In this document: positions 24,003 through 36,100 of the stretch, piece after piece
Layout of the letters: each line of letters opens with the position of its first letter
Position numbering within the stretch: position 1 is the first letter of the stretch
Origin: Caecitellus pseudoparvulus
Lineage: Eukaryota > Protista > Bigyra: Bicosoecida
Assembly (NCBI GenBank): GCA_965644315.1
Contig: CBFFRQ010000078.1
Location: forward strand, 124,001-188,000
Direction: 5' to 3'
Length of the DNA: 64,000 nucleotides
Translations under genes and position numbers: made by a program
The notes under the pieces: generated by a model
What the model saw: the letters and a program-made list of their open reading frames with translations, nothing else
Database searches by the model: none
What the model was told of the DNA's origin: nothing

Positions 24003-26712
24003 ATGGCAGCCGCGGCGTCCGTTGACTCTGCTCGACGGGAGCGCCAGGAGGCAGACACCAACGCTTCCCCGCTGCTGGTCTTTGACCAGCTGCCGACAGC
24101 GGGGCAACAGCCTGCCACTCGAGCTGGGCACACCGCCACGTTAACAGAGGATGGTGAAACCATGATGCTGTTCGGCGGCCAAGTGGGAGGCGTGCGCGTC
24201 GCAGAGCCAGCTGCGTTGACTTTGAATAGAGCCGAGTGGTCAACCATTGCCACACGAGGAGAAACGCCCCCTGCACGCTGCGGTACGCCAGTGCACCGCA
24301 AAGCCACTCCACGAGCACCCCACACGTGTGCTGTTTGCCTGCTTTTTCTCAGACCACGTCGCATGGGTGTGGGCAGGGCACTGGTTCGTGCACGGCGGGG
24401 AAGGCGTGCGCACCGACCCTGGCGCTGGCGCAACGCCCTCTCAAGGCTCCGGAGCCTTCCAACTTTCGCGAGCCGCCAAGCTGCTGGACGACCTGCACTG
24501 CTTGAACTTGCAGACGTTTGAGTGGAAACGCCTGCGGCACGCCCTGGCCCCTTCGCCGAGAAAATGCCACACTGCAGCCCTGGTGCACCTGGAGCCGCCC
24601 TCAGATCGCGCACCGGGCCAAGGGGGGCCTCATGTGCTCATTTTCGGGGGCATGCAGCAGGGGTCCAGCAGCCCCACGGCAGAGCTCAGCGCCATGAACC
24701 TTGCACATGTGCACTCCAAGTCCACTTCGTGGAAGCGCCTGCTCCCCTCTGGGGTGCCCCCCGTAGCCAGGCACAGCCACACTGCGACAGTCATTCCAGC
24801 ACAGGACATTGCACAGGTGGGGGCCAGCACAGGCCTGTTCAATGCCGCGGCGCTGAAGCACACCCCTGCCAGTCTGCCCCCGCTCATGCTGCTGTTCGGC
24901 GGGTTCTCCGTAGCCACCGCAGTGCACACGAACCAAGCAGCCTTAGAGCGTGTGGGAGCTGGGGCCGTGGCAGCTATGCGACGAGCATGCAAGGGGGCGC
25001 CTTCGGGGGGCGCCGTGCTGGGGGACGTTGTCGTCTTTGACGCTGTGGCCAACGCTTGGCACCACATCACCAGCCGCATCACAGGCGAACACCCGGCGCC
25101 GCGAGGGGGGCACTCAGCCTCGTTCCTGCCGGGGCGGGATAGACGGCGGCCTCCCAGTGTGCTCATTGTGGGGGGCAGCTCCTGGCGCCGGGAGGCGGGG
25201 GGCGGGGAAACATGGACCCCGGTGTTCCTGCACGACTTGGCACTGCTGGATCTGGAGGGACTCACCTGGACCAACGTGCAGGTGGGCTTCCTCACCCTGC
25301 CCCCCCGCCATCGCCACTCCACAGTGCTGGTGTCCAGCTCCCAGAAGGCCAGCACGCTGCACACGCGCCCAGGAGACGCGACACGCCTGCTGCCTCAGAT
25401 GCAGCTGCAGCGCGCAGCAGCCCCCAAAACCCGCCTGCACGTCCTCGTCTTTGGCGGCATGAACGACAAGTTCCTGCCCGGCGTCACGTGGCGAGGCAGA
25501 GTGCGCAGGCGCCGGGGACACTTCTACACGACGACGCAGACCGTGCCACGCAGTGCCTTGCGCGCGCTGACGTACTCCCAGCATGGGGACATGCTGGCCA
25601 CGCCTGCTGGCCGCCTCGTGCCAGTGCCCCGCTCGCCAGACAAACACCTCACGGGTGACTTGCGAGCCCTCGTGTATGCGAGTGACGACGAAGATGACAG
25701 CGACGGGGTGGGGGAGGATGAAGCCCGCCGGCTGGTGGAGCGGGCTCGTCAAGTGGGGCAGCGGGCACTGGACGCGTCCACCCTGCGGTCGCCTTCCGGC
25801 CACTCCAGCCGCGTGCTGTTGACGGCAGACGTGGACACTATGCAGTATGGCAAGCTACAGAGTCCCGTTGGGGTGCTTGACGACACCATTCCGCTCCCGC
25901 CTTCGTCTGCGTTTGCCGACATCGTCGCCGAGGCTGGCCAAAGCATGGCTGAGGCGGTGCAGCTTCGGCTGCTACAGCTGCAGAAGGAGACCATCTCCCT
26001 GCACAGGCAGGTTGATGCTGAGCGAGCTACTCGGCGGCATGCACAAGCGCAAGTTGATGCGTTGCGGGCATCCCTCACGGAGCAGAAGCAGCAGCTAGCG
26101 TTGGCGACGCGGGTGGCACAGGAGCGCCTGCGTGCACAAAAAGACGAGGCGGATGCACAGGTGCGAGCTGCACAGGCCGCAGCACAGCAAGCCCAAGCGG
26201 AGTTGAAACGCGTTGTGCTTGCTGCTCAGCTGTTCCAAAGTGCCGCCGAGAGCCGCCTGCTTGCGGCAGAGGTCGGGGATTCGGCTGGACTGCTGCATTT
26301 ACGGGATGTGCTGCCTGCACACTACGGGACGCGAAACGCAGCAGTCCAGACTGATGAACCCATGAAGGAAGACCTGTTTGCTGGTGTGGACGGCGTGCAG
26401 AGCGTTGTTTCGCCAAGTTGCGACACGGGCAGCCCAGCCGCTTCGACTGGCGCACCCCCTGATTCGCCTGGCAGTCTGCACCAAGACAGCTTGCGCCAGC
26501 CAGGTGCAACGCGCCGGGGAACCAGAAGAATGGTGCGGCAACCATCCTTGACAAGCATGCCAATAGGGGACGCTGGGCTTCCCCCAGCTTCTGTGCGCAC
26601 TCAGCTGCAGACACGCACGTCTGCACCCCCTCCTCCTTCCTTGGCTCGTCCCGGGGCCAACGGCAAGGTCAAGGCAGAAAGGCAAGCGGCACAGGACCTG
26701 ACTGCTGAATGA
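24003..26712 (+). CDS. Kelch-repeat protein with a C-terminal coiled coil, 1 intron near 24283-24352
   Basis: Repeated PxxRxxH(T/S)A and (L/I)FGG motifs (PATRAGHTAT..LFGG, PSPRKCHTAA..IFGG, PVARHSHTAT..LFGG, PAPRGGHSAS, PPRHRHSTV..VFGG); Q/A/E-rich heptad region. Confidence 0.8.
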
Positions 26713-29677
26713 AAGCGTCTCGCGCCTTGCTGCGTGCGGTAGCAAGCAACGCAGACGATGGACGCAAGGCTTCTGCATGGGGTCTGTGAGGCTGCTTGCC
26801 ACGGTGCCGTGTTGGTGGAGAGGTGCCAGGTCGAAGGGCAGCCGCACCGCGCCGTGATCCAAGTTGTTTCAGAGCTCGCATGCCAACCCACGCCTGTCCA
26901 CTGGCAAGGTCTGTCTCTGTCAGAGAACGGTCCATTTCGGGCAGCGCCGGTGAATGTCCGTGTTGGTGGGCGGCAACCCGTTCTCTCGCCACCGCAGCCA
27001 CCTCGGGACCCTGGACCCATTGCCGGACCTCCTGCCGTGACATCGAAGCATGAATGCCTAGCTTGTGCAGTATGGCCTCCACGGCCTGGCAGTGCAGCGC
27101 GGAAGAGTGGGCCAGCGCCACTTTGGCGCTGCCACCCGCGCCTGCCTCTCGCTTGGCCTGCTGCAGTTGGGAAAACACATGCAGCTGCCACGCGACGCGG
27201 CCCCAGAAATCCCTCCACCTAGACTCAGGCAGCATCATGACGGGCTTGGGAAGGTGCTCACTGCCGACCTCCTCGTAATAAGCGAGCGGCACCAAGCCCG
27301 TGTCAGATTGACTGCTGTGTCGCACAGGAACCATGGCTTGGCAGACGGCGAGGAACACACCCTCCAACAGCTCCGCGAGGGGCTTCCGTGTCGTGGCAGG
27401 CATTGGTCCTCTCGCCTGCAGGGCAGCTTGGAGCAGTGTCTGGGTTGCTTGCTGAGTCAGCGCAGGCTCGTGCTTCACCCGATTGCCGACGGCAGCTGGC
27501 TTCATCAGGTGCCGCGCGTCGGAAATGTGCGTCGCCATGGGAACGTCCACTGCTGCCTTGGTCAGACGTGAAAGACAGTGCCTTGCGGCGCGCTGCCTCA
27601 GTAGCTCCTGGGCGGGCCCAGCGAGGCGGAAAGCTGGACTGCGGCCATCGAGCAAAGCGCTGTCGCCTGCCGGTGCTTGGCGTGGCTGGGCGCCTTTGAG
27701 CAGCACAAACTCGCAAAACCATGGATCTCTTGGAATGCACCGCCTCCACTCCTCCTCATCATGAAGCTGGAGTTCGTCGATGAGGAACGTCGACACCCGC
27801 TGCAAGGTGCTGACATGCTTGACCAAGCCTGGCTGCATGTCCACCGTCCGAGTGTGTCGGTGCTGGCATGACTGCGCAACCACCGCGCATCGACCAAGCA
27901 CATCCAAGAACTGGGCGAAGTTCAATGACAACTGCCCTGTGCTGCTGAGCGCGTCAGGACTCATGAACACTCGGGATGTCGCTGCCCGACCAACGGCCAG
28001 GTCCACTGCGAATGGCACCGCAGATCGAGCCAGCTCCAGACTTCGACGGGCAATGTCCCAAGCGGTCACATCTGCGTCGCGTTTGGCCCCGGCACATGCA
28101 TCCGAACCTGGCATGGTTTCCCCAGTCGCCTCGGTGGCCCGTTTGGCATGATGCAGAAGAGGCTTGCACCCCATCGTCGTCATCAGCAACAGCACTGTCA
28201 CGTCCACCGCCTGCAGCGGGTGCGGATACACGCCCAAGTCACGGAGCATAGCACGTAGACCTGCTTCAGGCAGGCGCACTTCTTGCTTTCCCTGTTGCTC
28301 GTGCAGCGCGCGCGCTGCGAAGGCTTGCACTTGCATCTGGCCTGCTCCACGCACTCGCACCGCCCCTTGCCCCGCTGCATGTGCAGCCTCGGCTCTTCGA
28401 GGGCAGTACTCAAGAAATAGCTGTGTGAGGGATGGAAGCAGCTCGACACTTTGAGGAAGGTCGTGAGAGTCTACAGTTGTGGGGCCTGAAGCGAGGTACT
28501 GAGCAAAGTCTGAGTCCACGACGGTGCCAGGCGGCATGACGCCTGCGCAAAGCAGGACATGCTCCCGGGTTGCAGCACCCGGAAAGTACACCTGCGCAGC
28601 TGCAGGACTGTGTTCCGCTCTCTCGGGGAGCTCAGCCTCTTCCTCCACCACCTCAGGCGGGGCCCACAAGTGTCTGAATGCAGGCGCTTGGTCTTCCAGT
28701 ACCCCACACAGCAACTCCTCGTGCAGCTGCTCCTGGCCGCGCACGCTCGACAGAGATTCCTCAACTGTCACTTGTTGGTGCGCCTGTGTCACCCCCACCC
28801 ATCCCATGGCGTGCCTGGGGGGAGCCGCCGGAGTGCTTCGTGTGAGAGTCGGATCGTCGAACGCGTCCACTTCCTCAACTCGTTTGGAAACCTTCTGCAT
28901 GGCGCTAGAGACAGCGCTTGCAAGGGATGCAAGTGTTGTTTGGTATTCACGGGTCCTGTACCTCTCCTTCGGTGTGAGGGAGCCTCCGGCGGGGGCTCCG
29001 CTGACTTGGTCTCGCGCGCGTTGGAGCAGGCACTTGCGAGCCGTGTTCATCTCCAGCAGGGCTTCTTGCTCGGAAGCGACTTGAAGCGCGGCAAAGCCAA
29101 TATGCCGCTGGTTGGGTCGATCAATGCACTTCTCGTGCGCATGCAGCGCGAGTCCGGCAGGCAAAACGCTCACTGTGCGAGGACGACGGGCATGCCAATG
29201 CAATGCACGCAGCAGCGGGCTTCTGGCACCCCAGAACTCACGGGCATTAGCACGAGCCTCGTGCAGAGTCTGTGTCGTGGCCTTCAAGAGGCTGAGGCGG
29301 GCCAGGGCGGTGGCACCCTGCACTGCATCGCTTGAAAAGGGTGCGCCTCCGAGCAGGAAATCAGAGGCACACCAGTGCCACAGCGTCCCATGTCTGCACG
29401 TGGGAGAGAGACTATGTACCCCGCTGTGGAAGCCGTATATTTATGCATAAACTAACAGCTGGTGCAAAAACGCGGCGGATCCGGGAAGAGTTGGCTTCGT
29501 GAACCCACTGCGAGTTTCTTGACTTGTGACTTGAAGACACTGCTTTGCTGCTTGCGCATAGGCAGCGAAAGGATCCACCCCACGAGGCTCACCAGCACGT
29601 GGCTGCCTTGATCCCCCATGAATCATGCGCCTTGTTGCAGCTGTCAAGGACGCGACAACGCCACCCGCTGTGTCCAT
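26669..29677 (-). CDS. Uncharacterised protein of about 980 aa, possibly with a p25-alpha/EF-hand-like region; intron 29394-29456
   Basis: ORF 29441..29677 and the 884-aa ORF share a frame and are joined by a phase-compatible 63-nt GTTAGT...GTGCAG intron that contains the TAA. Good gccATGg context. LTQLFLEYC..LRAMLRDLGVYP..LNFAQFLDVLGRCA suggests an EF-hand-like fold. Confidence 0.6.
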
Positions 29678-29982
29678 GGCGCCAGGGCACGGTTTCGTTG
29701 GAAACGCGCACCTTGCTACCTCCTGTGAGAAGCCACACCGGGCAGTAGGAACACTGCAAAGTAAGCCCTAACCGTACAGCTCATACCGCACAGGTCGGCG
29801 TCTCGAATTTGAGGCTTGCCCTTTTCTGAATTCGCTGCATTCGTCACTGGGACTGGAGTGCCGTGCGCCGGGAGCCCTGCTGAACGCCCACCAGCTGCCT
29901 GCCTCGCATCTCCGTAGCATACACAGAGCCCTCTGTACACAGGCCCGTCATCTGCGTGCACCACTTTCACCCCGCACGGCGC

Positions 29983-30663
29983 CTACATGTCCCAGAAGTC
30001 ATCCCCGCCGCCTGCCACGGCCGGAGCAGGCGCAGGTGCAGGGGCTGGCGAGCTGCCCCCCATGTTCAGCATGTCCAAATCACTGGAGGATGCAGGTGCT
30101 GGTGCTGGTGCTGGAGTGGGTGCTTGTGCGACAGGAGAGGGAGCTTGCGCGGTGGGCGAGGGCTGGCTGGCGAGGGGACTGGAGCTGGCTTGGGCAGCTG
30201 CCGCCGGCTGCCGGGCGCTGGACCCATCAAATGACAGGCGCGATACCTTCATGACGACCTTGCCGCTGAAAAGGGGCACTTTGGCCGACGGCTCATTCAA
30301 GTCCAGCCACACTGCACGCAGAGGAGCAGCGGGTGGAGTGCGAGCAGGTAGCAGCCAGCGCCCGAGAGCAGCGCGGCGCCTCACCTGAGCCTTTGCCGTA
30401 CGACTGCTTGAAGCGGAAGAAGTACGTCCCTGGAAGTGGAAAGGACTGCGTTGGGACACGCCGCGGCCCATTGCAGCCACTGCTGCGGACCTCGCTTGCT
30501 GGGTCGTGGCCAGGGAAGGTGCGGAACTTACGCTCATGACATCGCCCACCTTCAGCTCCCCCACGGCCTTCCTCACGAGGAAGAGGTTGGGATGGGCTTC
30601 TTCATCGCCATCCTCAGGGACAATGTACTGAATGTATGTTGACGGGGACTTCCCACTCGCCAT
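29983..30663 (-). CDS. DIX-domain protein with a disordered tail ending DLDMLNM...DDFWDM, 2 introns
   Basis: Spliced: TYIQYIVPEDGDEEAHPNLFLV..LKVGDVMS|SFPLPGTYFFRFKQSYGKGS|VWLDLNEPSAKVPLFSGKVVMKVSRL matches the DIX pattern. Confidence 0.75.
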   Translation of the reverse strand: MASGKSPSTYIQYIVPEDGDEEAHPNLFLVRKAVGELKVGDVMSVSSAPSLATTQQARSAAVAAMGRGVSQRSPFHFQGRTSSASSSRTAKAQVRRRAALGRWLLPARTPPAAPLRAVWLDLNEPSAKVPLFSGKVVMKVSRLSFDGSSARQPAAAAQASSSPLASQPSPTAQAPSPVAQAPTPAPAPAPASSSDLDMLNMGGSSPAPAPAPAPAVAGGGDDFWDM

Positions 30664-30887
30664 GATTGTGCCGAGGAAACCCTGCCTTGGCACTCGACTG
30701 GTGCACTCCTCAGGGAGCTGGAAGGCCTGCTCAAGTGCACCGAGGGGGGCAGTTGCGTTCGCAAGAATAAAAAGCTACACGATACTCCTGGTGTCTGGGG
30801 AAGAGGCAGATATTGCCCTCGACGAGCCATCGCACACTCAGCTCGTTTGCCTGCCGGCGTTTGGCTTGCGTTTCGCTTGAAACGAGC

Positions 30888-32295
30888 ATGGCATCGGCGG
30901 CCGCTTCGATCGCCCTCGCGGAAGGCAATGAGGCCTTCGTCATGGGGGACTTCCAAGCAGCTGTGGCTGCATACTCAAAGGCAGTTGAGGCAGGCTCCAC
31001 CGCAGCCCAGGGACGCCGCGGCGCTGCGCACCTCCACATGAAAGCTGTGGATGCTGCCATGTGAGTGAGGAAGGTGGCACATTGCCCGGCCCGCCGCAGG
31101 CAGGCCTGGGCTCTCACCCCCTGTCCTTTCCTGTACCTCACTTGATGTGCTGTGCAGTGACGACTTGCTTGCCGCATGTGCGGCTGAGCCTTCTGTTGGC
31201 ATCCACAAATACCGCCTTGGAATCGCGTACTTTCTTGAGGACGAGTACGAGGCCGCTTTGCAGGCATTCCAAGACTGCACGTCAGGGGGGCGCCAGGTAT
31301 CAGAGGCAGTGGCAGGGGACAGCCGGGAGTGGGCGGCCAAGTGCACGGCGGCGCTCGAAGCAGGTGAGCTTCCATGCAAGCTCAAAACGCCCGTGAAACG
31401 CAAGAACCGCGACCCTCGCAAACCCTGTCCAGAGGAGTCGGGGGACGATGAAGAAGCAGGGGAAGCTCAACCATTGCAAGCAAGTGTGGATGCTAGTGTG
31501 GCACCTGCCCTTGCTCAAGAGCCGCCAGCCGCAGCCGGAGGCGGGGAAGGCTCCGTTGCAGGGCGCCCCTCCCCCGCCAACCCCCAGGGCAAGCGGCTGT
31601 ATGGCTGGTTCCAGACACCTCAGAGTGTGACGGTTCGCTTCTACACCGAGGGCGTCGCGTCTGGGGGACACGACGTGCAGGTGGAGGAGGACGGGACGGC
31701 CCTGTCCGTCTGCTTGCCCCGCATAGGGGGCAGCGAGTTCCAGTACGACCTGGGCCTCTTCGCGCCCGTGGCAGCCGACGCCGCGTCCATCGCAGTGTCT
31801 GTCGAGCCCAAGGCTGTGGAGGTGACACTGCAGAAGGTGGACCCGGTGCTGTGGCCCGCCCTCCTGCCGCTGCCCAAGGGAGCCGCAGTGGCGCTGCCCG
31901 CCCCCGTGCCTGTCGCCACGTCGGCACCTGCCCTGGCAGACCACGGGCTCGGCACGGTGCAGCAGGCGACGGACGTCGCGGCGGCAGCTGTCGCTCGCAA
32001 CGTGTACCCCTCCTCCAACCCCCGTGCCAAGGGGAAGAACTGGGACGAAATCGAGAAGGAGCTGGAGGAGGAGGAGGAGGAGGAGGACAAGCCACAGGGC
32101 GAAGCGGCGCTGCAGGCGCTGTTCCGGCAAATCTACAGCAAGGCGGACCCCGACACGCGCCGCGCCATGATCAAGTCGTTTCAAACCTCTGGCGGCACCG
32201 TGCTCAGCACGAACTGGAAGGAGGTCGCCGCCAAGGACTACGAGACGGACCGACCGGCACCAGCAGGTATGGAGTGGAAGAAGCCCGAGCAGTAG
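30888..32295 (+). CDS. SGT1: SGT1 Hsp90 co-chaperone (TPR-CS-SGS), 1 intron
   Basis: TPR GNEAFVMGDFQAAVAAYSKA; CS domain WFQTPQSVTV..VEVTLQK..W; SGS YPSS..KNWD..GEAALQALFRQIYSKADPDTRRAMIKSFQTSGGTVLSTNWKEV..PAGMEWKK. Confidence 0.95.
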
Positions 32296-33146
32296 GGCTG
32301 CGGGGGTGGGTCGCGCGCTGCAGGCATGTGTCTTCCGAGCAGTTGGGGCGGGCGGTTTTTGCCCTTGCCGATGCGCCCGCCGCGCTCGCGTTCCATGGCC
32401 CGCTGGGAGGCGGTGCCGGCGCGACTGGGCGCCAAAAACCGCGACAACAGCTTACAGGTGGACTGCCATTGAGGCACTCAGAATGTGCCTCGCCGGCTAC
32501 CGAACTGGGTAAACCTTGGCGTGTCGCGCCCGCGCTGACGAAGCCTTGCACCACCTTGCGGCCGCCTCACAAGCTTGAGGCCCGCTTGAAGCCAGGACAG
32601 TTGTAGTTGTGTAACCCTGCAATGCATCGTTTGCCACCATCCTTTCTCGAGAGCTCCAGTCGGGAAACGGGGCAGCCGGGAGAAGTGCGTGGCACACGGC
32701 GACCGAAGCCGCTCAGCTTTAGGCAGCCCCAGCGCACGGGGAAGCTGGCGCTGGTGCGCCCCGGCACAGGAAATTGCCCATGAGGGGCCCTCAAGACGGG
32801 ATGCGACAGCCAGTCCCCCTGTGCCCGCCTCTCCGCTCTCGCATGCGGCTACGAAAAGCGATGCGTCCTTCTTCCGTCCACGAAGGCGAACTGCCCAAGC
32901 AAGCTCCAGAACTTGGGAAGGAGGGCTGGGCGGAAACAAGCTATGGGGAGTGGAACTTGCCTTGCTTGCGGCTGGCCTCGCCGGTGTTGGTGTCGCCAGC
33001 GGGCCCTGCCAGCACTGACGTGCCATCGCGGAACGTCGCCGTCATCCGACAACGTCATCGCGGCCATAGCGCCACATTGCCGTGCCAGCCTCAATTCACT
33101 TCCATTCTCAGATGCTCAGGCGTGCAGGACTTGTCTGGGAGTGTGA

Positions 33147-36100
33147 ATGGAACAGAGTCCGCCCCCAGAGCTGTTGAGCGCGCCAGCAGACATCATGGGC
33201 GGGCGACAAAAGGCGCATGTGCGCCACGTCTCGGAATCGAGGTGCTGGCAGGCGCCGCCAGGCATCGTGCTTGCGTTCACAGTCGCGTTGTTGGCCGCCG
33301 GCCTGTGGCACGGGCAGTGGAAGGTTGAGAAGGGTGGCATGGCGTCCAATTTGTCCTTCTTCCCCCCCGTGGACCTCACCGAGGTGCACTGGCTGTCGGC
33401 GTGGGCGGCAGGGAGCGCGCTCGGCAAGGGGTTGTTGGCGCTTGGCTGGGCAGGCCGAACGACGCAAGCTGTGAAGCGCGCACGGGCTGCACGGGCGCTG
33501 TCAGTCGCCCCACCCAGCACACGGGCAGTCTTACCGGGTGTTGAGGGTGGGGAAGGCGAGTTCCGAGTGTGGTGGAGCTTCCTTGACGCAGACGGTGCAG
33601 AGTTTGATCTGCCTGGTGCAGTTCAGGCAGCTTCACGGTGGACTGCCGGCGACACGGAGGTGCCACGCATTCCCAGGCCGGCTGCCCTCCGCCTTGTGTT
33701 TGTCATCAACACCACCTTTGCAGGGTCGCCAACCTTTTCTGGGTGCGTGCTTTGGCGCGGGCGCAGGCGGCGCGGGCCGCTGCAGCCGGCTGCTTGCGAC
33801 GATTCGCGCTGCTTCTAGTACGTGGCGTCACTTCCGACGCAACGGCTGCACAGGGTTTGGGGGGGAATGGCCTTCGGCACGATCATGGCGGGGTCGGACA
33901 TGTACCAGGCCCATGTGGCTGTGAATGCCTCCACGGAACAAGTCACGTCGGTGCGTGCACTGCCGCTGATGCCCCTCGTGGCACTCCTCCACACAGAAGC
34001 CGCCTCCACAGCAGCCCAGCGACCAATTGCTCACTGCCGCTACCCTGCACTTGCATGCAACCTTTCTTTCCCAGGCCTACGTGACTGATTCTGCTCCGAC
34101 CCGCCGCGGGCGCCCCTCTGCCGAGGCGCAGCAAGATGCAACTGATGTTGTCGGCGGGTACTTCACGCAGACTGGCACACAAGGAAGCCTGTGGCAGGGC
34201 GCGCTGACACCTGGCCAGGTGTCAGCCGCACCGCCCACTGGCGCTGCTGCACCTGGCGGCCACACTGCTTTCGCGTGCGCTTTCTCACGGGCATTGGACA
34301 CTGGTGATGCCGATGACCATGCTCTGCAGCCCCCGCCATTCCTGGACGCGTACTTTAGGTGGGTGGACGGCAGCGGCCAGCGCCCGGGCGGCTTGTCCGT
34401 GACTGACACATACGAAGACACCATTTTCGCCTGGTCTTCAAAAGCCTACAATGGGTACCACTTCTCGAACAAGATTTCCCGCTCCATCAACTTCTGGGCG
34501 CCAGCCAGCAACGTAACGTTGCCGCAACGCAACGTAACTGTGCCCGTGGTGGGGTTCCTGCAAGACATGACGCTCCAGTGGGACTTCATCGCTGCTGATG
34601 GCACTGCAGTGGATCTGGCAGCTGCAACCACCGCTGCAGCAGCCCTCCTAGCGAACAAGACCACGGCAGGGCTGCCGCTGCTTGTCACCCCAGATCGACT
34701 GCGCGCAAACCTGCGCCTGCGCATCCCAGCGAGCGACGTGGGGGCAGGCTGGGAAGGCTGCTGGGCTTCCTTGGGCTTTGGGACGCAGATGGTGGGAGCA
34801 GACATCATCTTCGCGTCCATCCAAGTTGACCCCGCCACAGGCGAGGTGCTGGGGGGGTTTCCTCAAGTTACAGACGCTGCTGCGGCTTCGTACGCAGCCC
34901 CCACCCCAGATGCCGACGGCGACGACGTAGCGCTGGCAGGCGGCGGGTACATTGACTTGGACGCAGTGTCAGTGGAGGAGACCCTGACGACAGCGTCGCC
35001 GCCCACTGTGCGCACGCCTCCCAACGCCACGGACGGCGGCTTCCACCTGCTGTCCGTCACACTGCTGCGCAAGCTGCAGCCAGCTGACAAACAGGACGCC
35101 GAGCTGGCCCTGCCTCCGTCCCTAGCTGTGTACTTTCGGCACGCAGAGCTTGCCAAGAGCGCAGGCGTGCCGGTCTCCCTGCAGGGCGGTGCCCCAGCCG
35201 AGTCGTCCACTGGCTTTCAGCCCATGATCTTGGCGTACAGCCAGGACTCACCGGGCATGAGCTACCACGGCACCGACGCGCGTGCCAGGGCTCGTGTGAA
35301 CCTCTTCTCCATTCCTGGGCAGGATGTTGTGGAGCCAGGCTCCCTGGACACCAGTCAAGAGCTTGACTTGACCTATGCCGTGCACGGCATCGCCATGGGG
35401 CTGTCCTGGGCCGTTGCCGCGCCGATTTGTGTCATCACGCTGCACTATGCGGGGGAGAACCGCGCCTTCGCCATCGACCTGCACCACAACGTGATGAACT
35501 TGGTGGCCACCATCACCATCCCAGTCGCCGCGACCGCCTTCGCCACTTCAGAAGCGCAAGCCCGGCCAATCACTACGCACGGGTACATGTACGTGACCCG
35601 CTTTCGCCTGCTCTGCCCCGCACCCGCCTGCCCTCACTCGCCCGCCGCCTTGTCCACAGGGGCTTAGCCATTTCGTTTTCAACCCTGCTGCAAGTGGGTC
35701 TCGGCCAGGCCGCCCGCGCTTTCTACACGTCCACCTTCACTGCCACCTGGGCCCTGCGGCGGTTCAAGCAGGCCCACATCCTCATCGGCATCACCATGCT
35801 GCCCATTGCCCTCGTCACCTGCTACGCGGGTGTGTCTTTCTGGGAGGGACGGGCGTATGGGTGGATCCCCTTGACCTGGTACGGCCTGCTGCTCCTGGTG
35901 GTGCTGGCGCTGGAGGTGCGGCAGCGGACGTATGAAGCTAGCCTGCAGAAAGACCTGAAACGCATGGGCCTACACACTGACCTGGACAAGGCGACGGTGC
36001 AGGCGAAGAAGTCTCGAAGGGAGAGGAGTGGCAGCGTGGATGGCGCTGACCCAGGGGACGGCAGCCCTCAGGCGCCAGCCACCACGAAGCACTCCGTGGG

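Noticed and set aside
29441-29443. Single in-frame TAA between two same-frame ORFs, suggesting readthrough or a variant genetic code
   Set aside because: It lies inside a phase-compatible 63-nt GT-AG intron (29394-29456), and TAA, TAG and TGA all act as normal stops in conserved genes here.
33144-33146. In-frame TGA just upstream of the DOMON gene ATG (possible selenocysteine)
   Set aside because: The upstream frame does not look protein-like and no SECIS element was recognised.
32296-33146. Longer spacer containing several 70-180 aa ORFs
   Set aside because: No recognisable motif or consistent splice pattern. It may be UTR/promoter or hold an unmodelled 5' exon of the DOMON gene.
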